Shown piece after piece: positions 9,772 to 18,307 of a stretch of 64,000 nt of DNA. A program made the position numbers and the translations under genes. The notes under the pieces are model-generated. The model was not told where the DNA came from. It made no database searches and worked only from the letters and a program-made list of their open reading frames with translations. The DNA is from Candidatus Dojkabacteria bacterium (GTDB lineage Bacteria; Patescibacteriota; Dojkabacteria; J137), in the NCBI GenBank assembly GCA_025999215.1, contig AP024679.1, forward strand, positions 165,645 to 229,644. The letters run 5' to 3'. Each line of letters begins with the position of its first letter. Position 1 is the stretch's first letter.

Positions 9772-10472
9772 AACTCTACATTGTTGGGACTTCCATTGGA
9801 AATATTGACGACATATCACCAAGAGCGATCAAAGTTCTAAGCGAAGCTGATGTGATACTAGCGGAAGATACTAGAGTTTTTGGAAAATTAAAAAGCATTT
9901 TGTTAGATAGATACAAAGATTTAAATTTCAATCCTTTACAAAAAGTAATTTCTTATCGAGAACAAAATCATGATAGGGTGATTGATTCAATAATTAAGTA
10001 TTTAGAGAGCAACAAAATGGTTGTGCAAATATCAGATAGTGGCATGCCTGGAATATCTGATCCCGGTTTTCTTTTATACAAAAGAGTTATTAATGAAGGC
10101 TTTGAATTAGATGTTATACCTGGACCAAGTAGTGTTATTACTGGATTGGTTGCATCAGGTTTACCAACTGATAGGTTTGTGTTTTTAGGATTTCTTCCCA
10201 GAAAAAAATCTAAAGCAAAAAATTTGCTAGAAATTGCTTTTAAAACTAATTTCACATTAATTTGCTTTGAATCACCATTTAGAATTAGAAAACTTTTAGA
10301 ACTTGTGGAAGAAATAGATAAAAATACGCAAATTGCCCTGTGCAAAGAACTAACAAAAAAACATCAGAAAATTTATAGAGGCACGGCCGTATCTTTACTC
10401 AATGAACTGCCATCAAAGATCAGTGGAGAATTTGTTGTGGTTATGAAAAAAACTACTGTAGATCAACTCTAA
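9768..10472 (+). CDS. rsmI: 16S rRNA (cytidine1402-2'-O)-methyltransferase RsmI
   Basis: LYIVGTSIGNIDDISPRAIKVLSEADVILAEDTR is the characteristic RsmI N-terminus. The protein is tetrapyrrole-methylase fold. Confidence 0.85.
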   Translation: MKLYIVGTSIGNIDDISPRAIKVLSEADVILAEDTRVFGKLKSILLDRYKDLNFNPLQKVISYREQNHDRVIDSIIKYLESNKMVVQISDSGMPGISDPGFLLYKRVINEGFELDVIPGPSSVITGLVASGLPTDRFVFLGFLPRKKSKAKNLLEIAFKTNFTLICFESPFRIRKLLELVEEIDKNTQIALCKELTKKHQKIYRGTAVSLLNELPSKISGEFVVVMKKTTVDQL

Positions 10473-11985
10473 AACTCAAAGCTTCACTTATGTGATCATC
10501 TAAAACATCAAAACTTCCTTCCAAGTCTGCAATAGTGCGAGCTACTTTTAATATTCTGGTGTATGAACGAGCTGATAAATTAAGCCTGTCTACAGCAAGT
10601 TTAAGTAGCGACTTTGAAGAGTCGGGTAGGTTTATAAATTTTTCTAATTGTTTTTGCCCCATGTCTGAATTTGTGTATAAATTTTGGTTTATAAACCTTT
10701 CTTTTTGTATTTTCCTAGCTGTCTCAACTCTTTTTCTTACCTGGCTTGAACTTTCTTGATTTTGTGAGTTTTCTATTAATTTTTGATGCTCGACCTTGTT
10801 TACATGGACCAACAAATCTATGCGGTCAAGTATTGGACCAGATATTTTCTTTTGATAAAGCTGAACTTCTCTTTGAGTACAAGTGCATTTTTTGTTAGGA
10901 TCACCCCTAAAACCGCATTTACAAGGATTCATAGCAGCAACCAAAATGAAATTTGCCGGAAAAGATAAGCTTCCAGACGCCCGAGAAATTGTAACTACTT
11001 TATCTTCTAGCGGTTGCCGGAGAGCTTCCAAAGCCTTAGAACTAAACTCTGGAAATTCATCTAGAAATAAAACACCTCTGTGTGCAAGTGAAATTTCTCC
11101 AGGTTTTGGATTTGTTCCACCACCGACCAGTGCTACCTGAGAAGATGTATGGTGCGGTTTTCTAAATGGCCTTTTTTCAATCAAAGGAACATCTTTTGAG
11201 GTTAATCCTGCAATGCTATAAATTTGAGTTACTTCAAGTTTTTCATTTAAATCCATTTCTGGGAGAATTGAAGGTATACATTTTGAAAGCATTGTTTTTC
11301 CTGACCCAGGAACTCCTGACAACAAAATGTTGTGTCCACCTGCTGCCGCTATTTCTAGAGCTCTCTTGGCATGCTCTTGCCCTTTGACATACTTTAAATC
11401 ATTTTCTAAAAAATTTTTTCTGGTTGTTTTTTCCGTTCTGTTTGGAATACTAAACTCATAACCTTCTTCAAAATATTTGATTATCTCTTTAAGATGTTTA
11501 ACTCCGTACAGATTAATGTCTTTAACTGTAGATGCTTCTAAAATATTGTCATAAGGAATAAACGCTTCACTAAATCCCAAATTTTTAATCTGAGCTATTA
11601 TTGGTAAAATTCCTCTAATTGGTCTAACTCTGCCATCTAAAGCTAACTCACCCAAAAAAATTTTTCCTTCAGAATCAAAATTTAATTGATTAGTAGCTTT
11701 CATGTATGCAACTGCCATCGGTAAATCAAAACCTGCTCCAGACTTGGTTAATTCTGCTGGTGCTAAGTTTAAAATGATTCTCATAGCGTTAAATTTGCCT
11801 CCTGAAGATCTGATTGCAGAAGGGATTCTATCTTTTGCTTCTTGAGTAGATTTATCTGCTAAACCAACAATAACTGTTCGGGCTTGCCCCGTAGAATTAT
11901 ACGCTTCAACCTCTATAATGTTGCAATACAACCCTGTGAGCACTGCTGAATACACTTTCGCTAATTTCTGCTTTTGCATTTGCAC
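10453..11985 (-). CDS. comM: YifB/ComM-family Mg-chelatase-like AAA+ ATPase
   Basis: An N-terminal Lon-like/ChlI N domain is followed by Walker A LLSGVPGSGKTML, an arginine-finger region, and the C-terminal Mg_chelatase_C domain. Confidence 0.85.
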   Translation of the reverse strand: MQMQKQKLAKVYSAVLTGLYCNIIEVEAYNSTGQARTVIVGLADKSTQEAKDRIPSAIRSSGGKFNAMRIILNLAPAELTKSGAGFDLPMAVAYMKATNQLNFDSEGKIFLGELALDGRVRPIRGILPIIAQIKNLGFSEAFIPYDNILEASTVKDINLYGVKHLKEIIKYFEEGYEFSIPNRTEKTTRKNFLENDLKYVKGQEHAKRALEIAAAGGHNILLSGVPGSGKTMLSKCIPSILPEMDLNEKLEVTQIYSIAGLTSKDVPLIEKRPFRKPHHTSSQVALVGGGTNPKPGEISLAHRGVLFLDEFPEFSSKALEALRQPLEDKVVTISRASGSLSFPANFILVAAMNPCKCGFRGDPNKKCTCTQREVQLYQKKISGPILDRIDLLVHVNKVEHQKLIENSQNQESSSQVRKRVETARKIQKERFINQNLYTNSDMGQKQLEKFINLPDSSKSLLKLAVDRLNLSARSYTRILKVARTIADLEGSFDVLDDHISEALSFRVDLQ

Positions 11986-12046
11986 ACTTTAATCTATTAA
12001 TAATTTTAAATTTTTGTATCATTAGTTTCATTGTATTGAAGTACAA

Positions 12047-12082
12047 AAAGAAAAGCGCCAAGAGGCGCTTTTCTTTTTTTTG
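12047..12082. terminator. bidirectional rho-independent terminator hairpin (GCGCC-AAGA-GGCGC flanked by A-run and T-run)
   Basis: AAAAGCGCCAAGAGGCGCTTTTCTTTTTTTT sits directly 3' of the minus-strand anti-sigma gene 12104..13549. Confidence 0.7.
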
Positions 12083-12103
12083 ATAGTAGTTAGAAAACTA
12101 CCC

Positions 12104-13549
12104 TCAATCTAAGAATCCCGAAGCAAATAAGTCATCAATAAACTCATCTGCTAACCAAAGCTTTGATCCGTCCGGTGCAATGTATGGATCCTGAAAAGTT
12201 GCACCGTATTTATCGCTGTATCCCGGCCAACCTGGTTGAGCATATATTTTATTACCTTTTGTATATACAGGTAGTACATAACTGTCTGAATCTTTATAAT
12301 ATTCATATTTATTCAAATAAATTCCACCGTTTATTTGATCAGTAATTTCTTGATTATTGATATATACATGCATAGATCTAATGACTCGACCACTGTTAGG
12401 ACCAGATCCACAATTGTAAAGTTTAATGAATATACCATTGTTCAAAAGTATCGCACCACCAGAGGAAGCACAAATACTTTGGTTTTTACCCGTGCTCTGG
12501 CTAATTTGGATTTTCTCCTGTAGTAATAAATCAAATTCATCTGTTGCTAATTCAAAGAACCCTGGTAAAAAAGGAAATGTTGTAAGATATCCTACTCTTG
12601 GCGTTGGATCTGGCGCTGGTTGTGGCTGTGGCGCCGGTTGTGGCTGTTGTGCTGGTTGCGGTTGTTGCGCTTGCGGCTGTGGTTCTGGTTCTTCTATTTT
12701 CTCCTCTTCAAATCTTAAGCTTGCTAGCACTCCTAAATTATCTCCAAAACCTTCACTATCTCTTTCTTTGTTGTACTCCACAAATTCCCTATCCAATTCT
12801 TTTGCTACTATCTCTCTCACTTCTAACCCTATCGCTTCTTTTCCTTGTTCTACTTCCACCTTTCCTTCTCCTTCCAATACTTCTACTTTGCTTTCATATA
12901 CCACTAACTTGCTTGTTTCTCCTTTTATTACACTAAATGCTGTTCCTTTTGCTACATAGTTGTATTCTCCTGCCTTTACTTCATATGTCCTTCTTTCTAC
13001 CTTTGCTACTCTTGAATATACTTCTCCTTCCATTAACTCCACTTCATACTCATCTTCTTTCAAACTATTCATCTTTACCTTTGTATTCTTATTCAATCTC
13101 ATATAACTTCCGTCTTGTAACATCACTTCTATTCTTCCTTCTTTCGTCTCTAGCTCATCACTCTCTTTTACCTCCATTTCTTGACTTGCTTCCTCACCAT
13201 TTATCATAACTTCTCCTTCTATTTCTGTTACTTTTCCTATGTGTGTTGCTACCTTTGCTTCCTCTTCAAAACTTTGTTGTACTTCTGCTTTTTCTTCCCT
13301 TGTTAATAAATAGTACCCACTTGGTACTGCTACCGTTAGTGCTAATGCTGACACTCCCAGCATCGCTATTTGTTTTTTGCCTAACTTCATAAACTGGTTT
13401 AGTAAAATGTAAAATGTGGGCTTTTCAAAACTTTTATCAAGTTTTTTTTCAATTTTTAGTTTTAAATCCACCGATGGAGTAGACTCTAGGTCTGAAAATT
13501 TATCTAAAAAATTTGTATTTTCTTGACTAAGTTTTTTCATAAGCCTCAC
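12104..13549 (-). CDS. membrane-spanning anti-sigma factor, variant 1 (shared N-terminal 310 aa plus unique C-terminal extracytoplasmic domain)
   Basis: Its start is 1 nt from the stop of the upstream ECF sigma gene, implying translational coupling. It has a cytoplasmic N-terminus, one TM helix (IAMLGVSALALTVAVPSGYYLL), a PQ-repeat linker, and then a unique 170-aa C-terminus. Confidence 0.55.
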   Translation of the reverse strand: MRLMKKLSQENTNFLDKFSDLESTPSVDLKLKIEKKLDKSFEKPTFYILLNQFMKLGKKQIAMLGVSALALTVAVPSGYYLLTREEKAEVQQSFEEEAKVATHIGKVTEIEGEVMINGEEASQEMEVKESDELETKEGRIEVMLQDGSYMRLNKNTKVKMNSLKEDEYEVELMEGEVYSRVAKVERRTYEVKAGEYNYVAKGTAFSVIKGETSKLVVYESKVEVLEGEGKVEVEQGKEAIGLEVREIVAKELDREFVEYNKERDSEGFGDNLGVLASLRFEEEKIEEPEPQPQAQQPQPAQQPQPAPQPQPAPDPTPRVGYLTTFPFLPGFFELATDEFDLLLQEKIQISQSTGKNQSICASSGGAILLNNGIFIKLYNCGSGPNSGRVIRSMHVYINNQEITDQINGGIYLNKYEYYKDSDSYVLPVYTKGNKIYAQPGWPGYSDKYGATFQDPYIAPDGSKLWLADEFIDDLFASGFLD

Positions 13550-14071
13550 TTAATTAGTATCAAATGGTGTACAAATAATTAATTTTTTTAAAGATTTTAT
13601 TGCTCTTTTCTGAGTAGTTTTAACATAGTTCATGTTTTTACCTAAATGTTTACAAATTTCTTGCAGACTCATTTTTTCTAAAAATCTTAATGTTGCTACC
13701 TCTCTTTGACTTTTGGGAAGTTTTTGAATAAATGGTCTTATTCGCTCCTCTGGCGTTTTTCCTTTAAAAAACTCAATAAACTTTTCAACATGAGTTTCTT
13801 CAAAATTTTCAATTTCAGATATATTTATTTCTCTTCTTTTGTATTTTTTCTTTAGTTCTTTGATGAATAAATTTTTGGCAATTCCATACAAAAAATATTT
13901 ATAACTTTCAATCTCAACTCCCTTATGAATACTTTGTGAAAACATTAAAAAAGTATCAGAAGTCAAGTCTTCTGCTACTTCTTTATTAAGAAATTTAAAA
14001 TAAAAAAATTTATATATATCATCAAAGTATTGTTCGAAAATAACTTTTATTATTCTAGGGTCTTGGGGCAT
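13550..14071 (-). CDS. ECF-type RNA polymerase sigma-70 family factor (copy 1)
   Basis: Region 2 (AEDLTSDTFLMF) and region 4 HTH (REVATLRFLEKMSLQEICKHLGKNMNYVKTTQKRAIKSLKKL) are present in 173 aa. Confidence 0.75.
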   Translation of the reverse strand: MPQDPRIIKVIFEQYFDDIYKFFYFKFLNKEVAEDLTSDTFLMFSQSIHKGVEIESYKYFLYGIAKNLFIKELKKKYKRREINISEIENFEETHVEKFIEFFKGKTPEERIRPFIQKLPKSQREVATLRFLEKMSLQEICKHLGKNMNYVKTTQKRAIKSLKKLIICTPFDTN

Positions 14072-14182
14072 TAATAATTTATTTTCTTAAAAACTAACTA
14101 CTCGTAATTATACTATATAGAAAAAAGTTTTATAATGTTTGTAAGTAATTACAAGCTTTGCTAAAATCCACCTAGATTTTGT

Positions 14183-14256
14183 CGGGGAGTAGTTCAGTTG
14201 GCTAGAACGCACGGCTGGGGGTCGTGAGGTCGCAGGTTCAAGTCCTGTCTCCCCGA
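14183..14256 (+). tRNA. tRNA-Pro (anticodon GGG), copy 1
   Basis: Cloverleaf: acceptor CGGGGAG/CTCCCCG, D-stem GTTC/GAAC, anticodon stem CACGG/TCGTG with loop CUGGGGG, T-arm GCAGG-TTCAAGT-CCTGT. It is 74 nt with no encoded CCA. Confidence 0.8.
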
Positions 14257-14281
14257 TGATTTTTAACTTTTAAGTTAAGAT

Positions 14282-14917
14282 ATGAGCAAAAATCCAAATT
14301 CTAGTTTAGAAAAAATGACAATTCCGCAGGATAGTGTAGTTGCAGAATCTATATACAACATATTTGAAAAAGTTAACAATTTCATGGAAAATGCGCCTGA
14401 TATTATTGATAAAAAACTTCCAGAATTTATATCTCATTTATTTACATTGGTAAATATGAAAACTTTTAATTTAGTTGAAGAATTAGTTAACCATCCTCAA
14501 AATGTATCAGATACTCTTAAATATGAACTTAAAACCAAATTTAATTCCAATGAAAATTTAAGCAAAATAATCAATGCCTTGACAAACAAGATTCTAGTTA
14601 AAGTAATGCTAAGAGGAGAAGCATCAAAAGACTCCTCTAATTACATAGATAAAAATTTTGATAAAACTCCCAGCAATCTAGTGATTGATGGGCTTATAGA
14701 AATTTTGATGTTTTGTGTAAACATACATCATATTATTTGTGATGCATATAATACAAATTACAATAATTCTTTACCTGGCAAGATTCAAAGTATTCTGAGA
14801 ATTTTGGAATTTTTTGGACTTAATTATGAAGTCAAATATGATAATGATAAGCGCTATATCAAAATTACAAATAGCTTAAATAATCTACCATTTATATTTG
14901 ATTATACCCTAAATTAG
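14282..14917 (+). CDS. hypothetical protein
   Basis: A clean ORF downstream of tRNA copy 1 with no recognised domain. Confidence 0.4.
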   Translation: MSKNPNSSLEKMTIPQDSVVAESIYNIFEKVNNFMENAPDIIDKKLPEFISHLFTLVNMKTFNLVEELVNHPQNVSDTLKYELKTKFNSNENLSKIINALTNKILVKVMLRGEASKDSSNYIDKNFDKTPSNLVIDGLIEILMFCVNIHHIICDAYNTNYNNSLPGKIQSILRILEFFGLNYEVKYDNDKRYIKITNSLNNLPFIFDYTLN

Positions 14918-15094
14918 ATCCATCAATTCTTTTTAAACCATCAGGACCTATAGCCACGGCATATAATCAAGAGAAATTTTTAAACAAGATAAATGGTATT
15001 AACTCACAACCGGAAAAGATAATCTAGGACCTCTATCAATCTTTTCAAAATCTTTTAAAACTTTTAAAAAGATTGTTCATTGTATTAAGATACA

Positions 15095-15131
15095 AAAAGA
15101 AAAGCGCTCATAAGAGCGCTTTTCTTTTTTA
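15095..15131. terminator. bidirectional rho-independent terminator hairpin (GCGCTC-ATAA-GAGCGC), diverged paralog of the 12047..12082 terminator
   Basis: AAAGCGCTCATAAGAGCGCTTTTCTTTTTT lies 3' of the anti-sigma gene 15143..16546. The stem carries compensatory changes relative to copy 1. Confidence 0.7.
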
Positions 15132-15142
15132 ATTTAAACTTA

Positions 15143-16546
15143 TCATAGAGAAAAATTCATTGTCCCTATAATTGTTTGCAACTCTGACTTTACTTGATTA
15201 AGCAAATCTGAGTCGTTTTTAAAAGCATATTCAATTCTTATGCCAGAGTATGAGTCTGAGGGGTTTTCGTAATATGCTAAAAGCCCTATCTTTCCATCAT
15301 ACCTAGTAGAAAAATAAACATTAAATATCTTTTGGTTTGCAGTGGTGAGTGTGTACTGTTGAAGCACATTAGATGGTCCACCACCTCCACATAAAGGACA
15401 CATGTTGTAGCTTATCCTATATGTAGAACTAAACTCTGAACTAGAAAATGTTACATCTTGTTGATTGTTGCCATAAACTGCACTAAATACTGCATTTCCA
15501 TATTCTGATGGATAATAGAAGCTAAAATCAAAATTAGGACTAGTAGCAAATGAATTACTACCAGATGGTGCAGGATGACCTTTTGATATATCTACAGGCG
15601 TTGGATCTGGCGCTGGTTGTGGCTGTGGCGCCGGTTGTGGCTGTTGTGCTGGTTGCGGTTGTTGCGCTTGCGGCTGTGGTTCTGGTTCTTCTATTTTCTC
15701 CTCTTCAAATCTTAAGCTTGCTAGCACTCCTAAATTATCTCCAAAACCTTCACTATCTCTTTCTTTGTTGTACTCCACAAATTCCCTATCCAATTCTTTT
15801 GCTACTATCTCTCTCACTTCTAACCCTATCGCTTCTTTTCCTTGTTCTACTTCCACCTTTCCTTCTCCTTCCAATACTTCTACTTTGCTTTCATATACCA
15901 CTAACTTGCTTGTTTCTCCTTTTATTACACTAAATGCTGTTCCTTTTGCTACATAGTTGTATTCTCCTGCCTTTACTTCATATGTCCTTCTTTCTACCTT
16001 TGCTACTCTTGAATATACTTCTCCTTCCATTAACTCCACTTCATACTCATCTTCTTTCAAACTATTCATCTTTACCTTTGTATTCTTATTCAATCTCATA
16101 TAACTTCCGTCTTGTAACATCACTTCTATTCTTCCTTCTTTCGTCTCTAGCTCATCACTCTCTTTTACCTCCATTTCTTGACTTGCTTCCTCACCATTTA
16201 TCATAACTTCTCCTTCTATTTCTGTTACTTTTCCTATGTGTGTTGCTACCTTTGCTTCCTCTTCAAAACTTTGTTGTACTTCTGCTTTTTCTTCCCTTGT
16301 TAATAAATAGTACCCACTTGGTACTGCTACCGTTAGTGCTAATGCTGACACTCCCAGCATTGCTATTTGTTTTTTGCCTAACTTCATAAACTGGTTTAGT
16401 AAAATGTAAAATGTGGGCTTTTCAAAACTTTTATCAAGTTTTTTTTCAATTTTTAGTTTTAAATCCACCGATGGAGTAGACTCTAGGTCTGAAAATTTAT
16501 CTAAAAAATTTGTATTTTCTTGACTAAGTTTTTTCATAAGCCTCAC
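15143..16546 (-). CDS. membrane-spanning anti-sigma factor, variant 2 (identical N-terminal 310 aa, different C-terminal domain)
   Basis: The N-terminal 310 aa are identical to the 12104..13549 product. The C-terminal 157 aa are unrelated and include a CPLCGGGG motif. Confidence 0.55.
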   Translation of the reverse strand: MRLMKKLSQENTNFLDKFSDLESTPSVDLKLKIEKKLDKSFEKPTFYILLNQFMKLGKKQIAMLGVSALALTVAVPSGYYLLTREEKAEVQQSFEEEAKVATHIGKVTEIEGEVMINGEEASQEMEVKESDELETKEGRIEVMLQDGSYMRLNKNTKVKMNSLKEDEYEVELMEGEVYSRVAKVERRTYEVKAGEYNYVAKGTAFSVIKGETSKLVVYESKVEVLEGEGKVEVEQGKEAIGLEVREIVAKELDREFVEYNKERDSEGFGDNLGVLASLRFEEEKIEEPEPQPQAQQPQPAQQPQPAPQPQPAPDPTPVDISKGHPAPSGSNSFATSPNFDFSFYYPSEYGNAVFSAVYGNNQQDVTFSSSEFSSTYRISYNMCPLCGGGGPSNVLQQYTLTTANQKIFNVYFSTRYDGKIGLLAYYENPSDSYSGIRIEYAFKNDSDLLNQVKSELQTIIGTMNFSL

Positions 16547-17068
16547 TTAATTAGTATCAAATGGTGTACAAATAATTAATTTTTTTAAAGATTTTATTGC
16601 TCTTTTTTGAGTAGTTTTAACATAGTTCATGTTTTTACCTAAATGTTTACAAATTTCTTGCAGACTCATTTTTTCTAAAAATCTTAATGTTGCTACCTCT
16701 CTTTGACTTTTGGGAAGTTTTTGAATAAATGGTCTTATTCGCTCCTCTGGCGTTTTTCCTTTAAAAAACTCAATAAACTTTTCAACATGAGTTTCTTCAA
16801 AATTTTCAATTTCAGATATATTTATTTCTCTTCTTTTGTATTTTTTCTTTAGTTCTTTGATGAATAAATTTTTGGCAATTCCATACAAAAAATATTTATA
16901 ACTTTCAATCTCAACTCCCTTATGAATACTTTGTGAAAACATTAAAAAAGTATCAGAAGTCAAGTCTTCTGCTACTTCTTTATTAAGAAATTTAAAATAA
17001 AAAAATTTATATATATCATCAAAGTATTGTTCGAAAATAACTTTTATTATTCTAGGGTCTTGGGGCAT
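16547..17068 (-). CDS. ECF-type RNA polymerase sigma-70 family factor (copy 2, identical protein)
   Basis: The product is 100% identical to the 13550..14071 product. Confidence 0.75.
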   Translation of the reverse strand: MPQDPRIIKVIFEQYFDDIYKFFYFKFLNKEVAEDLTSDTFLMFSQSIHKGVEIESYKYFLYGIAKNLFIKELKKKYKRREINISEIENFEETHVEKFIEFFKGKTPEERIRPFIQKLPKSQREVATLRFLEKMSLQEICKHLGKNMNYVKTTQKRAIKSLKKLIICTPFDTN

Positions 17069-17179
17069 TAATAATTTATTTTCTTAAAAACTAACTACTC
17101 GTAATTATACTATATAGAAAAAAGTTTTATAATGTTTGTAAGTAATTACAAGCTTTGTTAAAATCCACCTAGATTTTGT

Positions 17180-17253
17180 CGGGGAGTAGTTCAGTTGGCT
17201 AGAACGCACGGCTGGGGGTCGTGAGGTCGCAGGTTCAAGTCCTGTCTCCCCGA
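17180..17253 (+). tRNA. tRNA-Pro (anticodon GGG), copy 2
   Basis: Identical to 14183..14256. Confidence 0.8.
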
Positions 17254-17421
17254 TGATCAGAAGCTTTTACAATTTTTTAAAGCATTGTTTAGAATGGTGA
17301 TTTTTATGAATAGGTAAGTATTTCGATCCTATTCATAATAAATACGAGAAGAATGACATTGTCTCGATTGATACGATACTAATGTATAACGCGAACTGAT
17401 ATACTTATTTAATGAGTTTTT

Positions 17422-18276
17422 ATGGAACAGATAAACAGCAACCAACAAAAACCCGAAACTCGAGCCACTACTGAGCGTCCTGCAAACGACTGGTTGTTCT
17501 TTTTCTTAAATCAATTGGTTCAAATATTTAAAGATGATAATATTCAAGAAGTTTCTAGTCTAAGTTTAGAGGATTTAAATGCATATGACGAAAACCAAAT
17601 ATTGATTTCAAAGTTATCAGGTGTCAACACATTAACGAATCAAAAAATGATGCAAAAGGTATTTGAGTTAATAAATTCAAGGTATGACTCTAACGAATTA
17701 TTTAACAACATAAAAGAAGAGATTAATGAAAAAAATCTAGAAAAAATAAAACCTATGATACCAGAGATACTAGAGTTGATTAAAAAAGTTCTAAACAAAG
17801 CTCTAGTATTTGCTTCAAAAGAAACTAATAAAATTGCTTTTGACTATTTAATCCAAATACTTATTTTTTTAACAAATTTATATAACTACATAAACAATGT
17901 AGAGCCTCAAGTAAACAACCAAGAAACTATCCTATTAAATTCTTTATCAGCATATCAACTAAGCATTATGCATTTTTTGGATTTCATGTTTATATCTAAG
18001 AATGGCTTGAAATTTGGTGACAACATCGACATTGATACAGAAATTACAACTGATGTTCAACAATCCGACCTTATCGTTACAATTAAATTTATAAAAAACT
18101 CAAGAGAAAATAATAAAAATCAGGAAAAAACTGTAGAAGATCTAATTACACTTAATATACCTCCTGAACCTAAACCGAATTCTTATATTGATACATTGGA
18201 TCCATTGCTAGGCCCTACTGGGGTTATAGCTTGTAACATAAATCAAAACCCTAAGGCATGGGAAAAAATAGCCTAA
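17422..18276 (+). CDS. hypothetical protein (N/K-rich helical)
   Basis: A clean ORF with no recognised domain. Confidence 0.4.
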   Translation: MEQINSNQQKPETRATTERPANDWLFFFLNQLVQIFKDDNIQEVSSLSLEDLNAYDENQILISKLSGVNTLTNQKMMQKVFELINSRYDSNELFNNIKEEINEKNLEKIKPMIPEILELIKKVLNKALVFASKETNKIAFDYLIQILIFLTNLYNYINNVEPQVNNQETILLNSLSAYQLSIMHFLDFMFISKNGLKFGDNIDIDTEITTDVQQSDLIVTIKFIKNSRENNKNQEKTVEDLITLNIPPEPKPNSYIDTLDPLLGPTGVIACNINQNPKAWEKIA

Positions 18277-18307
18277 ACTCATGATACAAAATTTGATTTA
18301 AAAATTT

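Larger units (their letters stand above)
12600..14260. repeat. 1661-bp direct repeat, copy A (anti-sigma 5' portion + ECF sigma + tRNA-Pro), about 99.9% identical to 15597..17257
   Basis: Direct comparison at an offset of exactly 2997 bp shows only about 2 substitutions (13357 C vs 16354 T; 13605 C vs 16602 T). Confidence 0.9.
15597..17257. repeat. 1661-bp direct repeat, copy B
   Basis: See copy A. Identity ends exactly after the tRNA 3' end (CCCCGATGAT). Confidence 0.9.

Noticed and set aside
10535-11387. Four short + strand ORFs opposite yifB/comM.
   Set aside because: They are antisense shadow ORFs inside a conserved AAA+ gene.
12600-12720. A CRISPR-like or microsatellite appearance of GGCTGTGGCGCCGGTTGTGGCTGTTGTGCTGGTTGCGG….
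   Set aside because: It is the coding sequence (reverse strand) of the PQPQAQQPQPA linker in the anti-sigma factor. It has no spacer/repeat architecture and is duplicated only as part of the 1.66-kb repeat.
12163-13209. Several + strand ORFs (Leu/Pro/Ser-rich, 60-177 aa) inside the repeat, also mirrored at 15550..16206.
   Set aside because: They are antisense translations of the anti-sigma genes, including the PQPQ linker, so they have low-complexity composition and no independent support. They are duplicated only because the DNA is duplicated.
12000-17300. The duplicated module as an insertion sequence or transposon.
   Set aside because: There is no transposase, integrase or terminal inverted repeats. 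The content is regulatory (sigma/anti-sigma) plus a tRNA, so a segmental duplication with gene conversion is the simpler explanation.
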